Positions 1 through 9,749 of a DNA stretch of 64,000 nt are shown here, piece by piece. The position numbers and the translations under genes are program-made. The first letter of the stretch is position 1. Each line of letters starts with the position of its first letter. Location: the NCBI GenBank assembly GCA_013822395.1, contig PNKK01000010.1:4470-68469 (forward strand). Direction: 5' to 3'. The notes beneath the pieces were generated by a model. The model had not been told where the DNA came from and made no database searches. It saw nothing but the letters and a program-made list of their open reading frames with translations. This DNA is from Anaerolinea sp. GTDB lineage: Bacteria; Chloroflexota; Limnocylindria; Limnocylindrales; CSP1-4.

Positions 1-1280
1 AGGCTGGCCGGATCCGGGATGGCCCATGGCTCGGCGCCGTTGGCGAGAAACGCGTCGCTGAGGAAGGCGACCGGGGTCATGTACTTCAGCGCGATCCGCC
101 AGGCCTCGATCGCCATGTCGAAGGACTCGGCCGGCGTCGCCGGGGCGACGACGGGGAGGGGTGAATCCGAGTTCCGCCCGAACAGGACCTGGAGCAGGTC
201 GCCCTGCTCGGTCTTCGTGGGCAGGCCGGTGGACGGGCCGCCCCGCTGAACGTCGATGAGGACGAGCGGCAGCTCCACCATGACGGCGAGCCCCAGTGCC
301 TCGCTCTTCAGGGCGACGCCGGGCCCGGACGTGCCGGTGATCCCGAGCGCGCCGCCGTAGGACGCGCCGATGGCCGCGCCGATGGCCGCGATCTCGTCCT
401 CCGCCTGGAACGTCTTGACCCCGAAGTTCTTGTAGCCGGCGAGCTGGTGCAGGATGTCCGATGCCGGGGTGATCGGGTAGGAGCTGTAGAACAGCGGCCG
501 ATCCGCCAGCTGGGAGGCGGCCACGAAGCCGAGTGCGGTCGCCTCGTTGCCGGTGATGTTCCGGTAGCGGCCGGGTGCGAGGCGGGCCGGCGGGACGATG
601 TACCGCTCGTGGAAGATCTCGGTGGTCTCGCCGAAGTTGTAGCCTGCCCGAAGCGCCCGCTTGTTGCCCTCGGCGATCACCGGCCGCTTCGAGAACTTCT
701 CGTCGATCCAGCGGATCGTGGGCTCCATGCTCCGCTCGTAGAGCCAGAACATGAGACCCAGGGCGAAGAAATTCTTCGTCAGGTCGACCTGCTTGTTGGT
801 GAGCTCCAAGCCCTCGAGGGCCCGAGCGTTGAGCGTGGAGACCGGGATCCGGAAGACGTTGTAGGCCGAGAGGGAGCCGTCGGCGAGGGGGTTGGCGGCG
901 TAGCCGACCTTGTTGAGGTTGGAGGCCGTGAACGCGTCCTCGTTGACGACGAGAGCGCCGCCGACCGGGAGGTCGGCGAGGTTCGCCTTCAGCGCCGCCG
1001 GGTTCATGGCCACGAGGACGTCCGGCTCGTCGCCCGGCGTGTGGATGTGCGTCGAGGAGAAGCTCAGCTGGAACCCGGACACGCCCGGGAGCGAGCCGGC
1101 AGGGGCGCGGATCTCCGCCGGAAAGTCCGGGTACGTGCTGATGTCGTTGCCGAAGACGGCGGCCGTCCGGGTGAACTGCGAGCCGGTGAGCTGCATCCCA
1201 TCACCGGAGTCGCCGGCGAAGCGGATCGTCACCCGCTCGAGCCGGCGCTCCTCCGTGACGCGCTCCCTGGCGATGGTCAC
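1..1280 (-). CDS. korA: 2-oxoacid:acceptor (ferredoxin) oxidoreductase alpha subunit; 3' end runs off the window
   Basis: Not in the ORF track. Reverse strand from GTG at 1280 reads MTIARERVTEERRLERVTIRFAGDSGDGMQLTGSQFT...YPDFPAEIRAPAG...SYPITPASDILH...QAEDEIAAIGAAIGASYGG...TSGPGVALKSE, hallmark KorA/OorA motifs. GTGA overlap with the upstream CBS gene. Confidence 0.93.
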   Translation of the reverse strand, partial: MTIARERVTEERRLERVTIRFAGDSGDGMQLTGSQFTRTAAVFGNDISTYPDFPAEIRAPAGSLPGVSGFQLSFSSTHIHTPGDEPDVLVAMNPAALKANLADLPVGGALVVNEDAFTASNLNKVGYAANPLADGSLSAYNVFRIPVSTLNARALEGLELTNKQVDLTKNFFALGLMFWLYERSMEPTIRWIDEKFSKRPVIAEGNKRALRAGYNFGETTEIFHERYIVPPARLAPGRYRNITGNEATALGFVAASQLADRPLFYSSYPITPASDILHQLAGYKNFGVKTFQAEDEIAAIGAAIGASYGGALGITGTSGPGVALKSEALGLAVMVELPLVLIDVQRGGPSTGLPTKTEQGDLLQVLFGRNSDSPLPVVAPATPAESFDMAIEAWRIALKYMTPVAFLSDAFLANGAEPWAIPDPAS

Positions 1281-1777
1281 GCGCCCTCCGATTCCTGCAT
1301 CCGCTGATGGGGCCGCGGCGGGAGGTTCAGGAGCTCCTCCGGGAAGGCCTCGGCCAGATACTTGAGGACGTCGACCGGGCGGATGACCCCGACGAGATTG
1401 CCCTCGTCGTCGACGAGCGGGACGTTCCGGTACCGGCCGGTCTGCATGAGGTCGATCGCGTGGCGGACGGGCTGGTCCAGGTGGAGCGTCCAGGGATGCT
1501 CCTTCATGAGCGACTCGACGGGCTGGTCCAGGTCCACCTCGTGGCCCACGAGGCGGGCGAAGATGTCGCGCTCCGTGAGGACGCCCCGCAGGCGGCCACC
1601 CGCGTCCGTGACGAAGACCGAATCGCCCGTCCCGGTCTCGCGGATCCGGGCGATGCAGTCGGCGAGGCTGGTGCCGGGGCGTACCGTCAGCGGGTCGCGG
1701 CGGGCAAGAACGCGGAGCTTCTCGTCGGCGAGCGACGGGACGCGGGACGCGACGGCGCGTTCGGTGAGTTCGGTCAC
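1277..1777 (-). CDS. CBS-domain pair protein
   Basis: C-terminal part of ORF 1277..2347 has two CBS repeats (GRLRGVLTERDI; YRNVPLVDDEGNLVGVIRPVDVL). Start re-assigned to GTG 1777, 8 nt downstream of TACACT. Confidence 0.85.
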   Translation of the reverse strand: MTELTERAVASRVPSLADEKLRVLARRDPLTVRPGTSLADCIARIRETGTGDSVFVTDAGGRLRGVLTERDIFARLVGHEVDLDQPVESLMKEHPWTLHLDQPVRHAIDLMQTGRYRNVPLVDDEGNLVGVIRPVDVLKYLAEAFPEELLNLPPRPHQRMQESEGA

Positions 1778-1890
1778 GAGACGGAAGTGTAGTGCGTTCC
1801 ACGGGATCCGACCCTCGGGCCGATCGGCCAGTGTTCGCCGGGCCGACTGGCACCTCACCGCCGTCGAACTCGTCCTGCTAGCCTCGCCGG

Positions 1891-2853
1891 GTGCCCCGGC
1901 CCGTCGCCATCGGTATTGCGCTGACCATCGTCTCGGCCTTCGGATTCGGGTCCGGGGCGCTGTTCGCCAAGCCGGTCTATGCCGCCGGGGTGGGTTGGCA
2001 CGTCCTGATGGCCTGGCGCTTCCTGATCGGAGCCGTCCTGGCATGGCTGTGGGTCGCGGGGAGTCCATCGGCGCGGCACGGCCTGCGGCGAATGGACCGG
2101 CGAGCGGTTGCGGTCGCCGTGGCGCTCGGGGTCCTCTATACGGGCAACTCGTCGACCTACTTCGCCGGCCTCGAGACGGTGTCGGCGTCCCTTGCCGCCC
2201 TGATCGTCTACATCTACCCGGCCCTCGTCGCGGTCCTGTCGCTCCGGTTCGGACGGCGGCTGGAGGGTCGGCGCGCGTGGGGAGCGCTCGGCCTGGCACT
2301 GGCCGGGGTGGCGCTCGCAGTCGGCAACATCGATGCGGCGGAGGCACCGCCGATCTCGGGGCTCCTCCTGATGGCGGCCTCGCCGGTCATCTACTCGGTC
2401 TGGATCGTCCTTGCCGCCCGGCTCTCGGGCGAGGGTCGCTCGGGGGTGGGACAAGGAGCCGGGGCCGGTGCGGATCCCACGGTCGCGGGCGCCGTGATGC
2501 TGACGGCGACCGCGGTGGCGTTCTGGCTGAGCGCGCTGGCGCTCGGGCGGCCGGTCCTGCCCGCCGAGATCCCCAGCTCGGCCTGGGGCGGGATGGCCGG
2601 CGTCGGGGTCGTCTCCACGTTCGTGGCAGTCCAGGCGTTCTATGCCGGCGCCCACCGGATCGGCGCGGCGCGGGCGTCCATCGTCAGCACGGTCGAACCG
2701 ATCTGGACGATCGTCCTCGCGAACCTGCTCTTCGCCGAGGTCCTGGGCCCGCTCCAGCTCGTCGGCGGCGCGATGATCCTCGCCGGCGTCGTCATCGCCC
2801 AGACGGGACCGTCTGCAGCGAGCGCGCCGGAGCTCAGACTGGCGGACGAATGA
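1891..2853 (+). CDS. EamA/DMT family membrane transporter
   Basis: About 10 hydrophobic segments in two repeats; motifs YIYPALVAVL and IGAARASIVSTVEPIWTIVLA. Confidence 0.9.
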   Translation: MPRPVAIGIALTIVSAFGFGSGALFAKPVYAAGVGWHVLMAWRFLIGAVLAWLWVAGSPSARHGLRRMDRRAVAVAVALGVLYTGNSSTYFAGLETVSASLAALIVYIYPALVAVLSLRFGRRLEGRRAWGALGLALAGVALAVGNIDAAEAPPISGLLLMAASPVIYSVWIVLAARLSGEGRSGVGQGAGAGADPTVAGAVMLTATAVAFWLSALALGRPVLPAEIPSSAWGGMAGVGVVSTFVAVQAFYAGAHRIGAARASIVSTVEPIWTIVLANLLFAEVLGPLQLVGGAMILAGVVIAQTGPSAASAPELRLADE

Positions 2854-3048
2854 GACCGGACCGGAGATCGGGGACGCCTGGTCGATCCGTCGACCCATCC
2901 GAGGAAGGAGCGCCGGCCCATGGGGGCCGAACCGGCAACCGGCGCCTCGGCCGCCGCTGGTCGATCCGTGGACCAGCCGAGCAGCCGGGGCGGGGCGGCG
3001 AGGGCGGTTGCGGGCCCGCATGGCCACGGTCAACCGCGTCGTCATGAA

Positions 3049-3834
3049 TCACAGCTGGCGGGCGGCGGCGCGGGCCACCTCGAGCGCGGCCTTCGCACCC
3101 TCGGCGACGAACGACCCCTCCGAGCCAACGCCGACGAACCGGAACCCCCGATCGAGGTGCGGTCCGAACGACGCGTGGTCGTAGAGGAGGATTCCGGGCG
3201 CCTTGCCGTGGCGGCGGCACGCGGCGAGCACCGTGTCCAGCGCCGCGAGGTACGTGGCGTTCCCGAATTGGCCGGGGATGCCGAGCGAGTGGGAGAGGTC
3301 CGCCGGGCCGACGAACAGGACGTCCACGCCGTCAATCGCGGCAATTGCGTCCGCCTCGCGGACCGCGCTGGGCGACTCGACCTGGACGATCCCCACGATC
3401 CCGGCGTTCAGTGTGCCGACCTCGTCGTGCCCCACCGTGCCCAGGCGGGCGCCCCGGGTCCGGAGCGCGACGCCGCGGACCCCGTCCGGCGGGTACCGCA
3501 GGAACGTGACCGCCTCGGCGGCCTGGGCCGCGGTGTCCAGCCGCGGAACCATGATCCCGGCCGCGCCGAGGTCCAGCGCCCGTCCGATCCGGAGCCGCTC
3601 TCCCGACTGCGGTCGGACGAACGCGGCCGCGCCGCTCGCCTCCGCGGCGAGGAGGACAGCGAGGAGGTCCGCCTCCGTCGGGGCACCGTGCTCTAGGTCT
3701 GCGATCAGCCAGTCATACCCCGCCCGGCCGGTGATCTCGGTCGCCAGCGGCGAGGCGAGGTCGGCCCAGGCGCCGAAGAGGGTGTCGCCATCAAGGATCC
3801 GGCGGCGAATCGAGTCGCGAGCGGTATTCGTCAT
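3049..3834 (-). CDS. HpcH/HpaI aldolase family protein
   Basis: AGYDWLIADLEHG, RALDLGAAGIMVP, RYPPDGVRG, VQVES, DVLFVGPADLS. Start chosen at ATG 3834; ATG 3846 is also possible. Confidence 0.9.
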   Translation of the reverse strand: MTNTARDSIRRRILDGDTLFGAWADLASPLATEITGRAGYDWLIADLEHGAPTEADLLAVLLAAEASGAAAFVRPQSGERLRIGRALDLGAAGIMVPRLDTAAQAAEAVTFLRYPPDGVRGVALRTRGARLGTVGHDEVGTLNAGIVGIVQVESPSAVREADAIAAIDGVDVLFVGPADLSHSLGIPGQFGNATYLAALDTVLAACRRHGKAPGILLYDHASFGPHLDRGFRFVGVGSEGSFVAEGAKAALEVARAAARQL

Positions 3835-4049
3835 GGCGGTAATCATGCCCGGCCGCATCCGGTCATATGGGGCTCCTCGTGGGGCTCCTCGCTGAATCGG
3901 GGTGGGTTGGCGGTGAGGCGAGCCGGTAATCGTGGCCATCCCAGGAAGCCGCACGAGAGGTGGTCCTGGATGCGCGACGTCGAGCCGTCGACGGACGTCG
4001 GCGCCTGGACGTGGAGCGCCGCTGTTGCCTGCCTGTGCTACGCGGCCGC

Positions 4050-4475
4050 CTACGCCGACGTGTCGAGCGGCAGGAGGCGGAAGGCTTCCGCACCGCTGAG
4101 CGGGCGGACGGCGCGGAAGTGTCGCTCATCGAACGTGGCGACATCCGCCGAACCGACGCGCGCGGCCAGGACGACCAGCGACGCATCCGTCAGGCCGATG
4201 CCGAGGTCGGCGTACCGATCGGCCAGCTCGGCGGCTTCCCGGGCGGCGGTCGGCCACCAGTCCACGAGGTAGGCGCCCGCGCTGACGTCGGCCCGGAATG
4301 CCCGAGCCGCGCGGGGGCCACCGCGCGTCGTGGCCAGGTGATCGGCCTCCGCGAGCACGAGCGGCGTCGTGACCAGCTCCTCGTCGAGCGCTTCGTACCA
4401 CTCGAGCGCCCCGCGGTGCCGGCTGTCGGCCGCATCGAGCAGCGCGTAGATGACCGACGTGTCGAGGATGATCAC
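4050..4475 (-). CDS. vapC: VapC PIN-domain toxin
   Basis: IILDTSVIYALLD...LAEADHL...GLTDASLVVLA...VATFDERHF, the PIN acidic residues; overlaps the antitoxin stop. Confidence 0.92.
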   Translation of the reverse strand: MIILDTSVIYALLDAADSRHRGALEWYEALDEELVTTPLVLAEADHLATTRGGPRAARAFRADVSAGAYLVDWWPTAAREAAELADRYADLGIGLTDASLVVLAARVGSADVATFDERHFRAVRPLSGAEAFRLLPLDTSA

Positions 4476-4699
4476 TCCCTGCCGAAGCCCGTCTCGGCGA
4501 GGTGGCGATCGACGTTGTCCGCCACGTCGCCCGGCCCGTGGGCCAGGCCGATCCCGCTGATCCGGGGCCGCTCGACGTGTCTGGCCGCATCCCGCAACGC
4601 GGCCCGGATCACCTCGGCCTTCGACACGCGCCGCTTCGCCGCCAGGCGATCGAGGGCGTGGTCCAGCTCGGGCTCGAGGTAGACGGTCGTCTTCTTCAC
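4472..4699 (-). CDS. vapB: VapB-type ribbon-helix-helix (CopG) antitoxin
   Basis: MKKTTVYLEPELDHALDRLAAKRRVSKAEVIRAAL RHH pattern; GTG start at 4699. Confidence 0.88.
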   Translation of the reverse strand: MKKTTVYLEPELDHALDRLAAKRRVSKAEVIRAALRDAARHVERPRISGIGLAHGPGDVADNVDRHLAETGFGRE

Positions 4700-4780
4700 T
4701 GCCCTATATGGTACCACCACCAGCGCCCACCCGGATCAGCGCGACGGCGTCCAGGGCTCCAGGGGCTACATCCGATGGGA

Positions 4781-5197
4781 TCAGGTCTCGGTCGCGGTCG
4801 GGTCGAGCCGGCGAATCTCGCGCACCTCGTCGAACCCGCGATCTGGGCTCACGATGGTCCCGATTCCCTCCTCCAGACAGGTGGCCACATGGATCAGGTC
4901 GCGGGCGACGAGCGACGGGTGGCGTTCGATCAGATCGGGCATCCGACGGACGACCCCGTGCGTGATCGGCAGGACCGGCTCGAACGCCGCGAGGACGTCG
5001 CGAGCCATCGCTGCGCCGAGCTCGGGGCGCCGGATCGCCACGAACCGATGAAGGATCTCCTGAACGACCTCCGCGGAGGTCGCCGCATCGAGCTCACCGG
5101 CGACCGCGCGCTCGAGGAGTGCCCGGCACGGGACCCGGAGCGGGTGCTCGCGCCCACCGGCGTACATGAAGACGGCCGTGTCGAGAAACACGGTCAT
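4781..5197 (-). CDS. vapC: VapC PIN-domain toxin
   Basis: [15 protein letters not shown]...TSAEVVQEILH...ARDLIHVATC...IVSPDRGFD; ATG 5197 overlaps the antitoxin stop. Confidence 0.92.
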   Translation of the reverse strand: MTVFLDTAVFMYAGGREHPLRVPCRALLERAVAGELDAATSAEVVQEILHRFVAIRRPELGAAMARDVLAAFEPVLPITHGVVRRMPDLIERHPSLVARDLIHVATCLEEGIGTIVSPDRGFDEVREIRRLDPTATET

Positions 5198-5436
5198 CCC
5201 TCGCCGGTCGCCCCCCGCAGGATCTCGCCCTTCATCGCCGCCCACTCGTCCACCGGCGCGTCGATTGCCATGAGGTGGCGGACAGCCGCCTGCCGTTGCT
5301 CGCGCGTGGCAGTCGCATAGGCATCCACCGCCGCACGGATCACCGCGCCAACCGAGCATCCTTCGCGCCGTGCGACCCGGCGCAGGCGGTCAGCCTGCTC
5401 CCTGGACAACAGGACCTGCGTTCGCTCAGTGAACAT
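5194..5436 (-). CDS. vapB: VapB-type RHH antitoxin
   Basis: [41 protein letters not shown] pattern, directly upstream of a PIN gene. Confidence 0.85.
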   Translation of the reverse strand: MFTERTQVLLSREQADRLRRVARREGCSVGAVIRAAVDAYATATREQRQAAVRHLMAIDAPVDEWAAMKGEILRGATGEG

Positions 5437-5989
5437 GTGCATACCATACCATGTCGCCGGACTCCAAACGCAGGCTGCACACGATGACGCGACGAACGAC
5501 GACGGCTTCAACTTCTAGCCCCGCTTCGAAGAACGCGGCTGAAGTCTTGGTGGCCGCGATCGCCCGCTCGGGCCCGGCCGCGATGTCGATCACCCACTCG
5601 GCGGCGACGGCCAGGGACGAGGATCGGTCGTTCGTGACGGCGAGGGTCAGCGCGCCCTGGCGGCGACCCTCCTCGACCACGCCCACGACGTCGGGGGAGC
5701 GGCCCGACTGTGAGATCCCGATCACGAGCGCGTGCCGCAGTTGCGGTCGTGCCCCGTAGATCGAGAGGAGCGACGGCGCCGCCAGCGCGACCGGCAGGTC
5801 GTTCCGCGTCCCGAAGACGTACTGGGCGTAGACGCCGGCGTGATCGGAGGTTCCCCGGCCGGCGATCACGACGAACTCGATCTCCCGCGACCGGATCGCC
5901 CGCGCGATCGCCTCGACCTCCGGCAGACCCGTCTCGAGCAACCCGGCCGCGATGGCCGGCTGCTCGAGGATCTCATCCCTCATCCCCAT
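5426..5989 (-). pseudogene. Truncated SIS-domain glucosamine-6-phosphate deaminase/isomerase (GlmS C-terminal-like, NagB-II type)
   Basis: [46 protein letters not shown] match the first SIS domain. After ATKT (~5545) the sequence diverges and the second SIS domain is missing. Confidence 0.75.
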
Positions 5990-5999
5990 CGGCCCGGCC

Positions 6000-7241
6000 T
6001 CATCTCGGCTGTGCGCCGACGTCGGTGAGGCGACCCGCGAGCGCGTCCGCGGCGTGGACGACCCGACCCCCGATGAACGTCGCGACGATCTCGAGCTCCG
6101 GCGTGAGGAGAACGGCGTCGAAGACGGCGCCCGGAGCGAGGACGCCATGCCGGTCGGCGACGTCCAGCAGCCGGGCTGGGACGGTCGTGACCGTGGCGAC
6201 GGCGTCGACCGCCGACCAGCCGAGGAAGCTCCGGACGTTGCGGATCGCCCGGTCGAGGCGGACCACGCTGCCGGCGAGCCGGCCGTCCCCGAGTCGGGCC
6301 GTGACCCCGTCGCTGGTCACCTCGAGGTCGCCGAGCGGGTAGGTGCCGGGGGGCATCCCCAGGGCGGCGATCGCGTCGGTGACCGTCGAGAACCGCCCCG
6401 GACGGACGACGCGCGCGGCGAGCGCGAGAACCTCCGGGGCGACGTGGACCCCGTCTGCGATGAACCCGGCTGTCACCCGCTCGTCGAGCAGAACGGCGGT
6501 GATCAGCCCGGGCTCGCGATGGTCGATCGCCGGCATCGCGTTGAACACGTGGGTCGCATAGCGGATCCCCGCCTCGATCCCGGCGATCCCTTCGGCCAGC
6601 GTGGCGGCGGAGTGGCCTGCCGAGACGACGATGCCACGCTCGGCGAGCGTACGGACGAGCGTGATCGCACCGGGCAGCTCGGGGGCAAGCGTGACCATCC
6701 GGATGCCGGTCCCGGGCGACCAGTCTGCGACGATCTGAAGATCGGGCAGCCGCAGGAGGGTCACGTCGTGCACGCCCCGCCGGGCCGGCGCCAGGAACGG
6801 ACCCTCGAGGTGCAGGCCGAGGGGCATTGCCCCGACGAAGCCCGGCGGCGGCCCCGTCAGCAGGGCTCGCCGCGCGGCCGCGATCGTGGACAACGGCGAG
6901 CTGACGATCGTCGGCAGGAACGCCGTCACGCCATGGCGCGGCAGCTCTGCCGCAGCCTCCCAGACCCGGTCGGGGGCGGCGGTGAAGTCGATCCCGAACG
7001 CGCCGTTGAGCTGCAGGTCGATGAAGCCCGGCGCGAGCACAAGCCCGGTCGCATCGAGCCTGCCCGCACCGGCGGGGCACAGGAGCTCGTCCTCGGCGTC
7101 GATCGACCGGATCCGACCTGCGTCGACCAGGACGGCACGGTCCTCAGACGACCCCGACGGACCGATGAGGGTCGCCCCGTGGACGCAGAGCAGCGACCCG
7201 GGCGGCGTCGGCGGGTGGCCGGCATCCCCGGTGCCGGTCAT
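6000..7241 (-). CDS. nagA: N-acetylglucosamine-6-phosphate deacetylase
   Basis: [52 protein letters not shown]; start ATG 7241. Confidence 0.95.
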   Translation of the reverse strand: MTGTGDAGHPPTPPGSLLCVHGATLIGPSGSSEDRAVLVDAGRIRSIDAEDELLCPAGAGRLDATGLVLAPGFIDLQLNGAFGIDFTAAPDRVWEAAAELPRHGVTAFLPTIVSSPLSTIAAARRALLTGPPPGFVGAMPLGLHLEGPFLAPARRGVHDVTLLRLPDLQIVADWSPGTGIRMVTLAPELPGAITLVRTLAERGIVVSAGHSAATLAEGIAGIEAGIRYATHVFNAMPAIDHREPGLITAVLLDERVTAGFIADGVHVAPEVLALAARVVRPGRFSTVTDAIAALGMPPGTYPLGDLEVTSDGVTARLGDGRLAGSVVRLDRAIRNVRSFLGWSAVDAVATVTTVPARLLDVADRHGVLAPGAVFDAVLLTPELEIVATFIGGRVVHAADALAGRLTDVGAQPR

Positions 7242-7795
7242 GCCGCCCCGCCGTCGCTGCGGTCGTCGCTGCGGCGGTCGCGAAGCGTCCGACGCAGGCG
7301 CAACTCGGGCTCGCCGTACTGTGGCTCCACCCGCTCCCCGCCGTCCGGATGCCAGCCCAGCCGGGCGTAGAAGCCCAGCGCGGCGGCGTTCGCCGCGAAG
7401 ACCCACAGCGTGGCTTCGTGCACGCGATCGCGACGGAACCGGTCGTCGGCCGCGGCGAGCAGCCGGGTCCCCACGCCGAGTCCCTGCGTATCCGGATGCA
7501 CGTAGAGGCTGTGGACGTGCCCCGCCGCCGGCTCGTCGGGGTCCTTCCCGATCCGGATGACCCCGAGGACGCCGCGCCCCGTCTGCTCCGCCACGAAGAC
7601 GACGGCATCGGCGGGCGGGTCGCTCAGCGTGGGGTGCCACAGGGCCCGGACCCCGTCCTCGTCGTACATGCCGATGACGTCAGGGGGCAGGATGCCCACG
7701 TACGAGTCGCGCCAGCACGCGAGGAAGACCGAGGAAACAGCCGCGAGGTCGTCTGGCTGCGCCCTGCGGACGATGACGGCGGCTTCGGGGTTCAC
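7238..7795 (-). CDS. GNAT family N-acetyltransferase
   Basis: HVHSLYVHPDTQGLGVGTRLL (motif A) and LWVFAANAAALGFYARLGW; overlaps both neighbours. Confidence 0.88.
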   Translation of the reverse strand: MNPEAAVIVRRAQPDDLAAVSSVFLACWRDSYVGILPPDVIGMYDEDGVRALWHPTLSDPPADAVVFVAEQTGRGVLGVIRIGKDPDEPAAGHVHSLYVHPDTQGLGVGTRLLAAADDRFRRDRVHEATLWVFAANAAALGFYARLGWHPDGGERVEPQYGEPELRLRRTLRDRRSDDRSDGGAA

Positions 7796-8772
7796 GTCGC
7801 CACGGGACCTGACTGGCCCGCGGTGCGCGCCGCGACGTGGCAGGCGGCGGCATGGCCGGGCGCGAGATCGAGCAGCCGCGGCTCCACCGTCCGGCAGACG
7901 TCCTCGGCAAGGGGACAGCGCGGATGGAACGGACAACCGGATGGCGGCCTCGCCGGGTCCGGCACCTCGCCGGTCACGGTGGCCTCGATCGGTCCCGTGA
8001 TCCGCGGGTCGGGAACGGGCACCGCGTCCCGCAGGGCGCGCGTGTAGGGGTGCCGGGGGCGGTCCAGCACCTCGCTCCACGGCCCGACCTCGACGACCCG
8101 ACCGAGGTACATGACGGCGACCCGGTCGCTCAGGTGGCGGACCATCGCCACGTCGTGGCTGATGAAGAGGTAGCTCAGGCCCAGCTCGCCGCGGAGTCGC
8201 ACGAGGAGGTTCATGATCTCGGCCCGCACCGAGACATCCAGGGCAGAGACCGGCTCGTCAAGGAGCAGCACCTGCGGCTCGACGGCGAGGGCCCTGGCGA
8301 TGCCGATTCGCTGACGCTGGCCGCCGGACATCTCGTGCGGATATCTTTCCGCGAACCGCGGCGGCAGCCCCACCATGTCGAGCAGCTCGCTCACCCGGCG
8401 CGAGCGGCCACGCGCGTCCCCGGACAGGTGGTGGACCGTCAGGACCTCATCGAGCGTGCGGCCCGCGGTCTGCCGAGGGTTCAGCGAGGAGTAGGGATCC
8501 TGGAAGACCATCTGGATGCGGCGCCGCCGCTCCCGGAGTCGCCTGCCGGTCAGCGCGGTCAGCTCGACCCCGTCGAGCATCACCCGGCCGGACGTGGGTT
8601 CCTCCAGGCGCACGAGCAGCTTCGCCAGGGTCGACTTGCCGCAGCCGGACTCGCCGACGACGCCGAGGGTCTCGCCGGGACCGACCGTCAGCGAGACGCC
8701 GTTCAGGGCGTTGACGACCCGATCGCTTCCGCGGACGGGGTACTCCTTGACCAGGTCGATTGCCTCGAGCAT
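7792..8772 (-). CDS. oppF: Oligopeptide-type ABC transporter ATP-binding subunit
   Basis: GESGCGKST, QMVFQDPYSSLNP, MSGGQRQR, LLDEPVSALD, C-terminal GCPFHPRC. Confidence 0.93.
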   Translation of the reverse strand: MLEAIDLVKEYPVRGSDRVVNALNGVSLTVGPGETLGVVGESGCGKSTLAKLLVRLEEPTSGRVMLDGVELTALTGRRLRERRRRIQMVFQDPYSSLNPRQTAGRTLDEVLTVHHLSGDARGRSRRVSELLDMVGLPPRFAERYPHEMSGGQRQRIGIARALAVEPQVLLLDEPVSALDVSVRAEIMNLLVRLRGELGLSYLFISHDVAMVRHLSDRVAVMYLGRVVEVGPWSEVLDRPRHPYTRALRDAVPVPDPRITGPIEATVTGEVPDPARPPSGCPFHPRCPLAEDVCRTVEPRLLDLAPGHAAACHVAARTAGQSGPVAT

Positions 8773-9749
8773 CAGGGCCGCCACTCTGCAGGAGGTACCC
8801 AGCACGCCGCGCTGCCGGCCGACCGCGGTTGCAGGGTCGGCCGCACCCGGCACGCCTCCCGGGCCTGATCGCAGCGCGGACGAAAGGGGCAGCCCTCGAC
8901 CACGTCGGTCGGCAGGGGCGGACGGCCCGGGATCTGGACCAGCGCCGGCCGACTGTCGTCCGCGGGGTTGGGCAACGCGGCCAGCAGGCTTCGGGTGTAG
9001 GGATGCTGGGGTGCGTGGAAGAGTTGGTCGACCGGGGCGTTCTCCACGACGTGGCCGGCATACATCACGACCACGCGGTCGACCAGCCGGGCGACGACCC
9101 CCAGGTCGTGGGTGACCCAGATCGTGGCCATGCCCAGCTCGCGGCGGAGCTCGTTGACGAGGGCCAGGATCTGCTGCTGGATCGTGACGTCGAGGGCCGT
9201 CGTGGGCTCATCGGCGATGAGCAGCTTCGGACGCATGGCGAGGGCGATGGCGATCACGGCGCGCTGGCGCATCCCGCCCGAGAACTCGTGCGGGTAGGAC
9301 CGTGCGGTGCGCTCGGGGTCGGGGATCTCGACCCGGGCGAGGAGCTCCAGGGAGCGGCGCTGTGCCTCGCTCTTCGCGACGCCGTGCGCGGTCATGGCCT
9401 CGGCCACCTGTGCCCCGATGCGCATGAGCGGGTTGAGCGACGTCATCGGGTCCTGGTAGACCATCGCCATCTGGCTGCCGCGCAGCTCGCGCATGTCGCG
9501 CTCCGGCAGCGCCGTGAGGTCGCGGCCGTCGAAGGTCACCCGCCCGCGCGTGATGCCCAGCGGCGGTGACAGGAGCCGCATCAGGGCGAGCATCGTGAGC
9601 GACTTGCCCGAGCCCGTCTCCCCTACGACCGCCACCGTCTCACCCGGCCCCAGCTGCAGGCCTACGCCATGGACGATCTCGAGATCGCCCCGGCGCGATC
9701 GGGCCGCAACGGCGAGGTCCTCGACCTCCAGCAGCGCGGGCCCGCCCAT
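8772..9749 (-). CDS. oppD: Oligopeptide-type ABC transporter ATP-binding subunit
   Basis: [43 protein letters not shown]. Confidence 0.93.
   Translation of the reverse strand: MGGPALLEVEDLAVAARSRRGDLEIVHGVGLQLGPGETVAVVGETGSGKSLTMLALMRLLSPPLGITRGRVTFDGRDLTALPERDMRELRGSQMAMVYQDPMTSLNPLMRIGAQVAEAMTAHGVAKSEAQRRSLELLARVEIPDPERTARSYPHEFSGGMRQRAVIAIALAMRPKLLIADEPTTALDVTIQQQILALVNELRRELGMATIWVTHDLGVVARLVDRVVVMYAGHVVENAPVDQLFHAPQHPYTRSLLAALPNPADDSRPALVQIPGRPPLPTDVVEGCPFRPRCDQAREACRVRPTLQPRSAGSAACWVPPAEWRP

Noticed and set aside
447-3047. Long plus-strand ORFs 447..1307, 910..1365 and 1362..3047
   Set aside because: Antisense or off-frame shadows of korA, the CBS gene and EamA. Arg/Pro/Gly-rich shadow ORFs are expected in high-GC DNA; the same applies to most overlapping ORFs in the track.
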